Shown: in pieces, positions 22,271-35,300 of the stretch
Layout: each line of letters opens with the position of its first letter
Numbering within the stretch: position 1 is the stretch's first letter
NCBI GenBank assembly: GCA_002269645.1
Contig: NIVC01004216.1
Coordinates: forward strand, 1-54,517
Length of the DNA: 54,517 nt
Direction: 5' to 3'
From: Macrostomum lignano
Lineage: Eukaryota
The notes under the pieces: model-generated
What the model was told of the DNA's origin: nothing
What the model saw: the letters and a program-made list of their open reading frames with translations, nothing else
The model's database searches: none
Translations under genes and position numbers: made by a program

Positions 22271-23184
22271 CTCAAACACAAACTCAGACTATAAGAGCCA
22301 TTTACTCATAAGCTCCTCATTGTAGCTTGAGCACAATTCGTTTATTATATATCAAATTGACGGGACTGAAAATACTGTACAAGTTTCCAGCGTTTCTTGC
22401 CTGAATTTCAAGGCTTTAAATTTGTTTCTAGTAAAACTGACAGAGAAATGAAATGAAAAATGTTAAGATGAGTAGTATATATTAATTGCTGTTTATCTAC
22501 ATTAAATGCCACTCTGAAACGCCGGAATTTAGACGTTAGTGAGATTTTTCACACAAAAAAAAATTTCATAATTAGTGCTACATTCAAACAGGTTAATGTG
22601 GTGAAACTAGATCGGGTGACCCAAATAGAAGACACTTAATAATTTACTGGCTATATAGACGTAAAATTTAAACTGGATGGAGCTTCAGATAAAAAGTACA
22701 CTGTTTTTAAGAGTTTACATAAATCCTGTCGACCAATCAACCCACGTTTTATGCGTGTTTTGACCATAGACAGTTCAACACTCTATGGCTGCTCTACACT
22801 TTCTAGTCTTCGGAGCACTTATTTAGTCTATTTTTCACTGAGTGGAGCCATGGATGCAGATGCATCAACAAGAAGCCAACCCTGATGGATCCTCAAGTGT
22901 GCGTGGCGTGTGTACTTCTAAGACCTTGTCCTGGATTCACTGGGACTGAGAAGAACGTCCGACACAGATTCTGTGGCCTCCAAGTGGACGAGTCCACCAT
23001 CGGGCCTTCGTCGTCCAGGGCTGCTTCGAAGTTCGCGTTGGATTTTTCATTGGATGTTGATGCATCCGCATCGAAGGCTCCAGTCAGTGCAAAATAGACT
23101 AAATGAGTGCCCCCCTCCGAAGAATAAGTCCACATTTGGATTACCCAGTACAAACTTCCATTGGATACTGAAACTATTGCGTCA

Positions 23185-24210
23185 TCATCGTCTTAGTCGA
23201 ATACTGGACGCAACTCGTCCAACTGGTCGGCCACCTGACGCTTCTGGACGTAAAGCCTCGGCGCCCGGCCAGCAGCAATGACAAACTTCGGCCAAAACAA
23301 TGCGAAACTTCTCACTCTGCCGAGTGTAGAGCGGAAACTGCATGCAGCTGGCCAACACCTCGAGCGTCAGCGCCAGCGATCGCAGACCTCTGGACACCGA
23401 CGAGCCATCGTCGACGCAACGTCGAGCGGCAGCGCTGAGAAAGATGGCGGGAGTGAGCAGCACCAGGTGTAGGCTGGACATGTACAACAGCATGCAGGTC
23501 GTGCGTCGGTGTCGACGAACAACCGGCGGACAAGCGGCAGGCTGCAGGAGGGCGCGCTGGATGCCCAGCAAGCCAGCCAGTAGGCGTTCTCGCTGACGAA
23601 ACGAATGCCGCAACACTCGAATGGTGCACGCGTTCAGCACTAGAATGGCCGCTAGCGGTAGGCCTCGCATCGCCGCGTCGGCCGCGCCGAAGACCAGGCT
23701 CACCGACTCTGACCCCTGAACTGTGCAGTTCTGATAGCCTCCCATCAGGGTGTACACCGTGCTCAGCTCAGCCGAGTAGACCGCCGCAGGCAGAACCGAC
23801 GAAGCGACCAAAGCTGCAAAGATGATTCGCCTTCTCGAGCTGACCGCCCCAGCCGGTAGTTGCCGGGGCCGTCTAACCGCGCACAATCTCTCGGCGCTGA
23901 TCACCGACACCGAGAGCAGCGACGCTCGGGCCAGCGAGGGCATTGCCAGTCGACGAGTTGCGACGGCAAGCAAGTTGTTGGACTCATCCGGCCACGACTG
24001 CGTGGCCACTATACAGTGAATCAGAGCCAGCGTCAGGAACAGCAGATCAATGATTGCCAGCGCCAGAATGCACCGGTTGATGAGGTGCGGCAGCATCATT
24101 CGATGGACGGTGATTCGAGCGATCACCGCCGAGCTGACGATACCGACGAGACTGCAAGCCGGGATCAGCACGAACTGGCAGGCGAAATCCAGCTGCTCCA
24201 GGCCTCCCAT
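23185..24210 (-). CDS. Intronless class A peptide-type GPCR, 341 aa
   Basis: Single ATG-to-stop ORF with seven hydrophobic stretches. LAIIDLLFL in TM2, SAERLCAV at the DRY position, GLPLAAILVLN in TM5, LVLLTP in TM6 and CMQFPLYTRQSEKFR in TM7/helix 8. Confidence 0.85.
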   Translation of the reverse strand: MGGLEQLDFACQFVLIPACSLVGIVSSAVIARITVHRMMLPHLINRCILALAIIDLLFLTLALIHCIVATQSWPDESNNLLAVATRRLAMPSLARASLLSVSVISAERLCAVRRPRQLPAGAVSSRRRIIFAALVASSVLPAAVYSAELSTVYTLMGGYQNCTVQGSESVSLVFGAADAAMRGLPLAAILVLNACTIRVLRHSFRQRERLLAGLLGIQRALLQPAACPPVVRRHRRTTCMLLYMSSLHLVLLTPAIFLSAAARRCVDDGSSVSRGLRSLALTLEVLASCMQFPLYTRQSEKFRIVLAEVCHCCWPGAEALRPEASGGRPVGRVASSIRLRR

Positions 24211-25319
24211 GGCGATCGATTCTGGTCTACACGGGGAAGCGGTGAAGCGATAGTGCTTTTATGCTTAAAGCCGCGCCCTGCCACCCCAGTCAGGCTGCAT
24301 CTTCCAGCTTCTTTATGCGGGCTCATTTCTTTGCAATTCAGTCCCTGCCCTTCCCAATGCCTCTCCAGCCATCCATCTATACGCGCGCGCTTTGTTGAGT
24401 ACGCGCGCTTACTTGGATGGAGTACAAGCACGGCAGCTGGAGTGGATGGGAGCTTGAGCCGGTGGAGTATTAGGGAAACTCCCTGCGCGGCGGCATGCAG
24501 ATCCCGCGTGGATGGCTGGGTGGATGCGTGGGGGGGGGGGCGCTACATTTTCTAGTGGGTCGCTGAGGGCTGGCAGTGCGGCGCAGATGACATAGAAACA
24601 ATTGGATACAAAGTGAGTGGTGGGGATTCTGCGTGACGTTGCATCCATATCAAACTAGAGAGGCCGGTAGGGGAGGGGGTAGGCACTGCAACGGAGGTGA
24701 CAAAATTAAAAGTATTATTGATTTCTTTGTCGTGCGATATCGGTTTCAATATTTCTCACAACACAAAATGGGTTGTAATAATTTTAATAACGGCTTCTAT
24801 CTTACCACAGTTAACAGAGTGAGTGCGCAAGAAAGGCTATCCTCTACTTCAGATATTGAGCTGTCGAGCTGTCCTTTCCCATTTCTCAGGCCTTGGACTT
24901 GACTATAGTGGCTTTGCAAGCAAACTCGCAATGCTGAATAGCCAATGAAAAATATTGAGTGCAGAAGCACTGCTACATAATTCAACAGCTCACGCTGAAC
25001 TGTCTATATGGTATAGCGTTACCCCTCTGGCAAACTCTATCATAGGCACATCCAAAGCCATTCTATCAGCTCTTTGGCTATAAAGAGCCATAAATTCTCA
25101 GTTTCCATTCTCAGTTTCCCGCCAAATACCCCCGCCCCGTTCACAACTGTAGGCTTTAGGTTTCGTCCAGTATTGAGTTGTAACATCGATTTCATGGGGC
25201 TGAGTAGGGATTGTGGGTGTTGCAGCTGATATTGGCAATCATGGTAACATTCTTTGCGCTTGGTACCTAGCAAATAATAATGCAAATAAGGGTACTCTAT
25301 ATTCACTCTAGGAGTTTAG

Positions 25320-25795
25320 TTGTGCAGTCAGGAACTCTAGGGTTAGTTATTTAGTCGACTCTAGGGTTAGTTGTGCAGTCAGGAACTCTAGGGTTAGTTA
25401 TTCAGTCGACTCTAGGGTTAGTTATTCAGTCGACTCCAGGGTTAGTAATGCAGTCAGGAACTCTAGGGTTAGTTGTGCAGTCAGGGCCTCTAGGGTTAGT
25501 AATGCAGTCAGGGACTCTAGGGTTAGTAATGCAGTCAGGAACTCTAGGGTTAGTAATGCAGTCAGGAACTCTAGGGTTAGTAATGCAGTCAGGAACTCTA
25601 GGGTTAGTAATGCAGTCAGGGACTCTAGGGTTAGTAATGCAGTCAGGAACTCTAGGGTTAGTTGTGCAGTCAGGAACTCTAGGGTTAGTAATGCAGTCAG
25701 GAACTCTAGGGTTAGTAATGCAGTCAGGAACTCTAGGGTTAGTAATGCAGTCAGGAACTCTAGGGTTAGTAATGCAGTCAAGGACTCTAGGGTTC
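25320..25795. repeat. 27-bp minisatellite (gcagtcaggaactctagggttagtaat)
   Basis: About 17 units, each containing TAGGGTTAG. Confidence 0.96.
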
Positions 25796-26373
25796 AGAAT
25801 GAGGTCAGGATCAGGAGGCAAACATTGCATCTATCGTTGGGCTGAGGGGATACAGCGATGAAAAAAAAACATTGGTCGAATTGTCTTCAGATGAGAGTGA
25901 AAGTTAGTAATCAAAAGTACCGATTGGAATCTTAAAAGCCTTTGAAGAGAGCGAGTGTGTGAACTTGAAGTTAAAGTAGTCAAGTGACCTTTTCTTTCGC
26001 TGATCTGCTTGTAATTCAACACCGACATCGGAAACTGGTTTGAATTTCCAAGTTAAATGAAGAACTGCTTAGAACCAGAATGAATTCATATTTTGTTGAG
26101 TTATAAAAGGAGAAGAAAGGCGAATAATTTTAAGGACACGTTGTCTCTCGGTAACTGTTAAAAAAATTCGTTATGAAGATTATCACCATCAATATTTTTT
26201 TCGTGCTTATTGTCTACTCTGGATTCGGTAATTTTCTTGATTAGAAATATTTTGCTTTAGACTTCTAGATTTACAGTTTTAGATGCATCTGCAGGTGCAT
26301 CATTGAGAAGTGGACTTGGCGGACCCTGTCATGTGCCTGGCAGGTTCCAGAGACCCAAGGAGGCCAAACTAGG

Positions 26374-26445
26374 GGGGCCGTAGCCCAGCGGTAGCGCAGC
26401 TGCTCTGGTGTGCCAGCGACCCAGGCTCGATTCCAAGTGCAGTCA
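26374..26445 (+). mobile_element. tRNA-like SINE head or tRNA pseudogene
   Basis: A-box tagcccagcgg and B-box ggctcgattcc at tRNA spacing, with a ctgg/ccag stem. The acceptor stem does not close well, so it is not called as a functional tRNA. Confidence 0.55.
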
Positions 26446-27009
26446 CATTAATTTGGGGCTGAATTGGAATTTCGGCTTGGCTCTGCTCGTGCAATTAACG
26501 GCCTTGAGAGCCAACCCCCAAGGCGCAGTGAAGTGTACATGCCTAACGATAATATAAAGTTAGGGCCGCTGTACACTCCTGTGTGAGTGTGTGCCTGCGT
26601 ACGTATCCGCGCGCTTGTACGAGTATGCCTGCTCAGGGGAGTCGGCGGAATGGGCAGTAATGCCTCTCGCCGGTTGCGTGCCAATGTCGCTTAAAGTGCG
26701 CCAGGGTGCACACAACCCCCCTGCCTCTAATAAAAAAAGGAGGCCAAACTGGAATCCGCTTTGCTGGACTCAACGGAAGACCCAGTGATGTCCTCAGAGG
26801 TCAGCCCAGAGGACCAGCAAGGCGCAATGATGATCCTTCAAGTAGGATGATTGGTGGCTTCAACGGCCTAGGTGGTGTGCACAGCGGTAGAAGCAGACTA
26901 CACTTGAGGCCTTGAAATGAGACAGTTGACTCTTAAACATACAACTAATCAACTGTGAGCGGGGGTTATCCAAGACTACTCAAGTAGAAGGACGAGAAAC
27001 TACATTTCT

Positions 27010-27605
27010 TAGGAAATGTTAATGAGAGGCTGGTTTTCGCCGAAAAAATACACTACGGAGATGGGAACTTTTCTCACTATTTTCATATTCAAATTGTTAT
27101 TGCTTTCGATAGGAAGCAGACCCAGTGTTCATTGTTTGATATGTTTTGCCTTTTTTATAGCTCTATTGATATTCATAAAGCTTTTTGTTCAGAAAATTAG
27201 GATTCTATGTTAGTTTTTTATTCTACATAGAATTGCACATGCCCTGTGCCTAAAAACCATTAAAATGACACGGCTCAGCTCATTGGTTTTATGAGTCTAT
27301 TTTTTGTGATTCTTAGCTGACTGTGTAACAATATGTGCATTAGAGATAATGAAATAGATTCATAAAACCATATTGAGTCCAGCTGTACAATGCATTTTTA
27401 TGATTTTTAGGTACGTAGAATAAAAAATAAAACACAGAATTCTAATTTTCCGAACAAAAGCTTTATGAGTATCGATAGAGCTATAAGAGAGGCAAAGCAA
27501 TAAAAAATGAACATAGGGTAATTTGAATATAAAAAAGTGAGAAAAGTTCCTATCTCCGTAGTGTGTTTTTCGGCGAAAACCAGCCTCCTTAACATTTTCT
27601 CGGAA
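27010..27605. mobile_element. Foldback/MITE element with ~270-bp inverted arms
   Basis: Arms ~27010-27305 and ~27350-27605 are reverse complements (for example gctggttttcgccgaaaaa and tttttcggcgaaaaccagc). A partial further copy lies at ~45490-45665. Confidence 0.8.
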
Positions 27606-28329
27606 ACTTAATTGCCCGTAATTTCCCGGGTTATAATTGCCATGAAATTGTTTCAGTGAAACATCTCCAGAGAATATTGCTTGTGTCGTTAGCTGGGTTA
27701 GCTAATTCTAACTGAGTAGCTTCTGAGATCTGGATGGCTGATCTAACCAAAAAAACACAAGCTTTCAAAAAACCCGTCAAAAATATTTGTAACAATTTAT
27801 AAATCTGTTACTACTTATATTAGGGCAGCTTGGGACAATTAATATTTATAATTAAATTTACTTAGGAATTGAATAGTGGATGTAAGACTATTGCTAGATA
27901 AATACATGTAAATAAATATGCATCAGTATAGAGCACACTAATAATATCCATGCATACTTAGTACTTGTACAGGCTTTGAAGCTGATTAAGAGATTAGCAA
28001 ATAAGTTTCTATGCAAAACGAAAAAAACTACAACATCTATTTAAGCGACAGTTATTGCATTGTAACTGGATTAATGATTCACTGTTTAGCCTATGAAGAC
28101 TAAAAATCTACCGATATCTAAATAAGCTACTTCTAGTAGCGTAGATGTACTGAGCGATGTGAAATGATTTCCTTAAACTAATTAGAAGATATGGAAACAA
28201 GAATATATCAGGGAAAATAAAATTAAACCAACAGCTCTACTACTCACAGTAATATTTTAGTATTTTTGTCAGCAAGTTGATAATCAGGCCGATCAAGTGG
28301 AGAATCTCCGTTCGCTGCAGCAACAGCCG

Positions 28330-28512
28330 CTGCCACAGAACTGCACTCGGCCATAGACAATAAAGCCAATCAAAGCCACACTGCCACAGAACTGCACTCG
28401 GCCATAGACAATAAAGCCAATCAAAGCCACACTGCCACAGAACTGCACTCGGCCATAGACAATAAAGCCAGTGAAAGTCACTGCCACAGAGCTGCACTCG
28501 GCCATAGACAAT
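28330..28512. repeat. 51-bp tandem repeat (gccacagaactgcactcggccatagacaataaagccaatcaaagccacact)
   Basis: About 3.5 units. Confidence 0.9.
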
Positions 28513-28611
28513 ATCCAAGCTGCACTCTCCTACAGACTACAGGCTGTTAAAGGCTCTTCTCTCTGGCTAAAGTACAATCAAGTATCGCTTTTTGCAGTCA
28601 AATTACGAGTA

Positions 28612-28921
28612 TAGTCTATGGCCCAAACCAAAATAGCTAGAAGGCGCAATCAGGTTTCCAACTGAGTCAATCAATTTTCCATATGTTTAAAACCAAAAGA
28701 TCTTGGCAAGTCCTACAGTGTATTTTGCTGTTAAAATGCAAACAATTTAAAAAATGGCCACTGCACCAAAACTAACCTCTTAGAAAAGCTTCTGCATTGA
28801 ATGGTCTCAAGTATAGCTTGGCCATAGACAAAATTCTGCTCCTTTTCCATGGAGTCCTCTGCTCACTGGGTGTGGAAAACTGATTGCGCCTTGCAGCGAT
28901 TTCGGTTTGGGCCATAGACTA
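28612..28921. mobile_element. 310-bp MITE-like element with perfect 18-bp TIRs
   Basis: tagtctatggcccaaacc (28612-28629) and ggtttgggccatagacta (28904-28921). Confidence 0.65.
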
Positions 28922-29330
28922 CTTTTGACTATGCGAAGCCACAAAGTCTCCGCGTCCTCTTTTGAAAGCCCGAGTGGAAAATTGACTGTAAAAAGCGATA
29001 TTGAGAATCTCAAACCAAAGATTCTGGTCATAGTCCTGAATTTTTACTGGAATTATTCACTTGATTGACTAATAGGCTTAGAGATCAACTTCACTGACAA
29101 CAACAATGGTAAGGGAAAAATGTGGATTAAACAAAAAATCGAAGCAAAAAAGCATAAAACTAATTACTGCAGCGTTATCATAACTCAGCTATTTTCAGTG
29201 TTGTACAGAAAATCTTAACAAATCTAAATCATACTTTAGTTTTTTCATAGCATACTATTACAGTTGTACTAAATTCGTAACTATAATGATAATTTTAATA
29301 ATGTTGATTATAATTTTCATGCATCATAGT

Positions 29331-32300
29331 TTAATAGCCTTGATGTCGTTGCGTCACAGCAGTCGGCGGCGGCGGCGGCTGATGGTGCAGACCAGAGTTG
29401 GCGGCGGGCCGAACATCAAAGGGGGCACCACTGGTAGTTTTGCTATCAACCGCCCAGCCATCTCCGTTGGCCCAGCCAGTCGCGGTAGCATCATTGGTGG
29501 CGGTCTCGGCCGCGGCTGTGTAGCCCATGTAGTCCTTGGTCTCGCCGACAATCTCTATGTACTCTTCTGGGACAAAGGTGCCAATCCTGTACCGCCATAT
29601 GGCAGGAATGCCGCCGAACACCAGCACCTGAGCTAGGTACAGGCCGCCGCAAACGAACCACACATCGTCGTAGCTGTGTCGAATGTCGAATATCACGCCT
29701 GCATGCAGTGTTTGGTGTGCGAATGCGATGGCTGACTCTTAACTTGAAGAAAATGCTCTAGTTTGTTCTCTGTCTGACTTACCCCTTTCACTGCGCCACC
29801 TCCCCGCCCCACCTAACTCCCTGCTTCTCCTCACTCCCTGCCCCTCCTCACTCCCTGCCCCTCCTCACTCCCTGCCCCTCCTCACTCCCTGCCCCTCCTC
29901 ACTCCCTGCCCCTCCTCACTCCCTGCCCCTCCTCACTCCCTGCCCCTCCTCACTCCCTGCCCCTCCTCACTCCCTGCCCCTCCTCACTCCCTGCCCCTAT
30001 TCACTCCCTGCCCCTCCTCACTCCCTGCCCCTCCTCACTCCCTGCCCCTCCTCACTCCCTGCCCCTCCTCACTCCCTGCCCCTCCTCACTCCCTGCCCCT
30101 CCTCACTCCCTGCCCCTCCTCACTCCCTGCCCCTCCTCACTCCCTGCCCCTCCTCACTCCCTGCCCCTCCTCACTCCCTGCCCCTCCTCACTCCCTGCCC
30201 CTCCTCACTCCCTGCCCCTCCTCACTCCCTGCCCCTCCTCACTCCCTGCCCCTCCTCACTCCCTGCCCCTCCTCACTCCCTGCCCGTACGAGTACAACTC
30301 AATTCTAAGAAGTCCAAGCGAGCAAATGCGCAGCATATATGTAGTCTGGCGAAAGCATGCACAGCTCACCAGAGAACAGCGGACCAACAAGAACGCCCAT
30401 GCCAGACCAGAGGTTGGTAGCGGACCAGGCCACATCGATAGGCAGCTTGGTGACTTCGCCAGAGGCCGCGTACTGATAAACGATTGTAAGGCCCAGCAAG
30501 CCACCCAGAACTGCAATGGAAAATTTCAAATCATTGTTGACCTTGAGCTTGCATTGTGATCCATAATGTAACGCGCCTCTAACTATCGCACTATGGTTCC
30601 TGGTTCGATTCTGTTCGTGACTAAATTCATGTTGAAAAGTTTTCGTTCGATTCAAACGCATGAGGATCAACCTCTCCATGCAGGTACAGAGAGGTGTACA
30701 TCCCTGACGAATAGATATTTAGGATCGCTGTACCCCTTGTGTGATCGCGTGTGTATGAGCGCGTAGTCTCAGCGGAATGAGCAGTTTTAGTGCGCGTTGA
30801 ATTTCACCAGTGCAGCCAGTGCTCAAAGCCTACTAACAACGATTTGCGACTATTAAGCACGGCTTCGGTTAAATTATGATTCAGAAAGACTTGCCCTGAA
30901 AAATGAACCTGTGCAGTCTATATCGAAGATGTAATACTAAGAGAGCGGTATAAATATGCGGATATTTGGGTGGCCGAGAATGCATAAAAACCAAAGCTCC
31001 ATTTTTTATATTTCGCTTTCGTCTCGCATATTTTATGGACAAAACCGCGAGCAACCACAGTCGGTTTTGGGTGCAAATGATCGAGGCGAGGAGGCTGAAA
31101 AATATGGGTAAATCTCGAACAAATTTTCAGCCTCATCTGCGCCCGCCATCTTTGCACAGGAGGCTGGAGACTTAATTATTCGGCTTAGAACAGCTGTGCA
31201 GAGAATTCGTTCGCGGTGAAAGCGATAAGGGAAATATGGAGGGATTATATTTGAAGGCTTGGGACACCGGAGTGAAAAATGGGGCCACCAAGCCGCACCA
31301 GACAGCTCGAGTTGGTGCCGATCATTAATCTGGAATTCGATTTTCTCATCTTGATAGAGATGTTGTGTCCTGCCCTGCTTTCGGTTGCTTTCACTTTGTT
31401 GAGTACCAAGGTTTTATCCTCGAAAACGCAAGATAAGATGACTAAGAAGGTCAATTGTCAAAGTGTCTGAAGCTGCTGAACTTTAGATTTTTAAGCAGTC
31501 TCACAAACTTCATGCATGCGATTGCATAGTGACGAGTTTTAAATTTGTTCCATCATTGGTTGAGTTCGGTAAATTGAGTTGGCTTCTTGCGGCGTCATTG
31601 ATATTCAGCATAAGATATTTAAACAATAGAGTGAGCTCATCGTTTCTAGGAAAAAAGTATCGAAACTTTTCGTTTATTGTCAACTAAAAAAATAAAACAA
31701 ATTTGTTTATTTACTTATTCATTGCGTTTTGTGGACTTTTGCAAGGTTTATTTACTCCTCAAATTAATGAGTTCTCGTTAAAAAATTATATAATGGGGTA
31801 TTTATTGCAACTAAAAATAATTTAATAGACAAAACTTGCATCTTAGTTTTTGTTGAAACTTGCTAAAGTGTTTAAACGCTTTAATTCCGTACAACGCGGA
31901 CATTTGGAATCAGAAAAGATGTAAAAATTGCATTTTAACCGAAGTTCAATTCTACATACTTCTCAAATTTTCACAGTAATTTTAAGCAGAACACTTCACA
32001 AGTGAAGGGAGGAATTTTCCGGTGTTAATAGGGCAGCGAACTACGAGCGTATTTTCTTGGAAATGCATGTATTTTGCTGATTAATAATTAAGTTTCGCCG
32101 TCTTAGTATTCGGTGCCAATTTTTGTAAACCAACGCGCCGAATCCTGTACGTCAAGATTGAGAACTTACTCCGAACTCACTCACTAAGGATCGAAAATAA
32201 ACTGCACAAAAAGTCTGAAAAATGACTCACTTGCACACGACAGCAAGATTGAATCGAACGAGTTGTCAACAAATGGCCACAGAAAGCATATAGTGGACAG

Positions 32301-35300
32301 ACCAATTGCCGAAATCAGATTAATAATGATCAATCGGCCTTTGAAATGATCGCCAACCACCGATGCGAGAATGTAGGTGACGCACTCGGCCAGAGAGAGG
32401 ATGGTGACCGCCCACTTCGACTGCGACAGTGCGATGTTCTTGCGCTTCATGTAGTAGGCCTGGGAGTTTATAGATAATCAATATCAGTGCACGAAATCCC
32501 AAAAATGGTGTTTACATTGTTGGCAATTTGACAGGCAAGATTGAAGTCGCCAGATTGTAGAGTTTGATTGTAGGCATTCTACATCGAATGCTTATCAGCT
32601 CTATAAAAACTTGTCAAGAAACTTTCAAAAAGTGAACAGATTTTTCGGTTATATTCTGTCTTTAGATAGGCTCGTATTGGCATTCAAACGAATCGTCGTC
32701 CTTTAGTGTCGCGTTCAAATCATGTCACAAAAAAACAGCCGAACACTCACCAAATTGACGAACGGCATGTAAAACCCGATGAAGGACATCATGTTGCCAA
32801 GCAGCCACGGGCCGATCTCTGGTCGAACCATGCACTGCTTAGGATTGCAACAGGAGCCCATGCGCCGTTTGAAATCCCCATAGTCTATGGGATCGTTGGT
32901 GTCCGTCTCCAGTCGGGAGAGAAACGGCAGACAGCAGGGCAGGCCGACGATCAAGATTAGACAGCCGGTGACGCGAAAGGCCACTTCGACGCCGTAAAAA
33001 TCTACGAGCCACCCGTTGATGGGGTTGAAGAGCAGACTTCCTGCGGTTCGGGTGTAGGCTCTAGCGAGTTATAAGGATCGGAGCGGTTCTCAGTGCCTTC
33101 ACTGAGTAAACGGTGCCTAAAACATGCAGGCACTGCTCAATGTGGTGATGACACTCTATACCAAACACTGCTCAATGTGGTGATGACTCTCTATACCAGA
33201 CACTGCTCAATGTGGTGATGATTCTCTATACCAGACACTGCTCAATGTGGTGATGACACTCTATACCAAACACTGCTCAATGTGGTGATGACTCTCTATA
33301 CCAGACACTGCTCAATGTGGTGATGACTCTCTACTCCAGACACTGCTCAATGTGGTGATGACTCTCTACTCCAGACACTGCTCAATGTGGTGATGACTCT
33401 CTACTCCAGACACTGCTCAATGTGGTGATAACTCTCTACACCAGACACTGCTCAATGTGGTGATGACTCTCTACTCCAGACACTGCTCAATGTGGTAATG
33501 ACTCTCTACACCAGACACTGCTCAGTGTGGTAATGACTCTCTACTCCAGACACTGCTCAATGTGGTAATGACTCTCTACTCCAGACACTGCTCAATGTGG
33601 TGATAACTCTCTACACCAGACACTGCTCAATGTGGTGATGACTCTCTACTCCAGACACTGCTCAATGTGGTGATAACTCTCTACACCAGACACTGCTCAA
33701 TGTGGTGATGACTCTCTACTCCAGACACTGCTCAATGTGGTAATGACTCTCTACACCAGACACTGCTCAATGTGGTGATGACTCTCTACTCCAGACACTG
33801 CTCAATGTGGTAATGACTCTCTACACCAGACACTGCTCAATGTGGTAATGACTCTCTACTCCAGACACTGCTCAATGTGGTAATGACTCTCTACACCAGA
33901 CACTGCTCAATGTGGTGATGACTCTCTACTCCAGACACTGCTCAATGTGGTGATGACTCTCTACTCCAGGCACTGCTCAATGTGGTGATGACTCTCTACT
34001 CCAGACACTGCTCAGTGTGGTGATGACTCTCTACTCCAGGCACTGCTCAATGTGGTGATGACTCTCTACTCCAGACACCGCTCAGTGTGGTGATGACTCT
34101 CTACTCCAGACACTGCTCAATGTAGTGATGACTCTTTACTCCAGACACTGCTCAATGCTGTGATGTTTATCTACCCTGATTATCTGATGTTTATCTAGGT
34201 TTTACTACCATGACTTAGTATCCACCACCCAGGAGGAAACTGGAGGACTTTATCCATCGGCACAATGTGATAACCGGTAAAACCCAGACGCTGGGGTTGT
34301 AAATTTTAATTCTCTATATCTGATTAGCATGAATTATGGCTCCTGCAATCCAATCCTCTTTCGATCCCGAGCATGTCTCTCTCGCCCGAATGTCTCAGAT
34401 CAGAGAGTCCTTCCTGTAATCCCTCAAGCTCGGTTCCGCGAAATCTCCATACAGATTGATTGAGCACAATCGAGACTGCCATCATAATCTGTTTTAGGGC
34501 GCATCCCGCCTCCCGTGACCTGCGGCATTTCCCGAGTCGCTGTCACCAGGAAATCTCCGATGACTTGACTGCACTTAGAGACGCACTTAGCTGGCACAGT
34601 AATTATCTTCCTGCAGCGGTGGGTCAACTGCCAAATAAGATAAAATCTGCTCACTCGTTACTTAATCCATTTCCCCTGGTAAACTTTCTTAAAACTTCCT
34701 CGACCTCCGAACCAGCAATTCCATCCATTTTGAGTTGCCAACGAAACAGAATGAAAACTGCCTCCCATACCATAAAGATCATCAAGCTCCAGATTTTTCA
34801 GGCCAAAAAAACAAGCGAAGGTCGTTTCTGGTCGCTAATGAATTAGTCCATATAGATGCTAATGGAGAGCGGCGGTGCAAATAGAGCAGGCGGGTCAGGA
34901 GGGCCACTGCCCAGCTGCTGAATAATTTACATCAACATCGACACATCATCAATCCAGCGCGGAGGTGTCAAGAGAGACTGGCGGAGACTGTGGTCGACAC
35001 TCAGATACAAAAGATGACATTAAACAAGCATAAATATGCTTCAAGGTCATTTGATGAGTCTGCTTGGGACGCCTCTATTAAAGAAACATATAGTGCAATG
35101 TAATGTGCTGATCATTCCCTGCTCTTGTTTTCTTTGGCCTCCCGTCATTAAAGCATATTAATAGACAGAACTCTAATGCGATCTTTAAGGGCTTCTTAGA
35201 TGGATGATGGAATGAATATTTTGCCGTTTCATTAGTCTGCCATTAATTAAATTATCATTTGGTGCGTTTTCTGCACCATGGGCGCTAGCACCAGGGGCTT

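Noticed and set aside
26374-26445. Functional tRNA gene
   Set aside because: A and B boxes are present, but the acceptor stem and anticodon loop do not form a canonical cloverleaf. It is treated as SINE-like or pseudogene.
9215-34158. CRISPR-like appearance of the 30-39 bp repeat arrays
   Set aside because: Units are directly adjacent with no unique spacers, there are no cas genes, and the context is eukaryotic.
34200-34860. Possible decayed transposase or retroelement fragments (also 20100-20430, 26450-26960, 30900-31470)
   Set aside because: No catalytic motif, TIR or TSD could be identified by eye, so they are not called.
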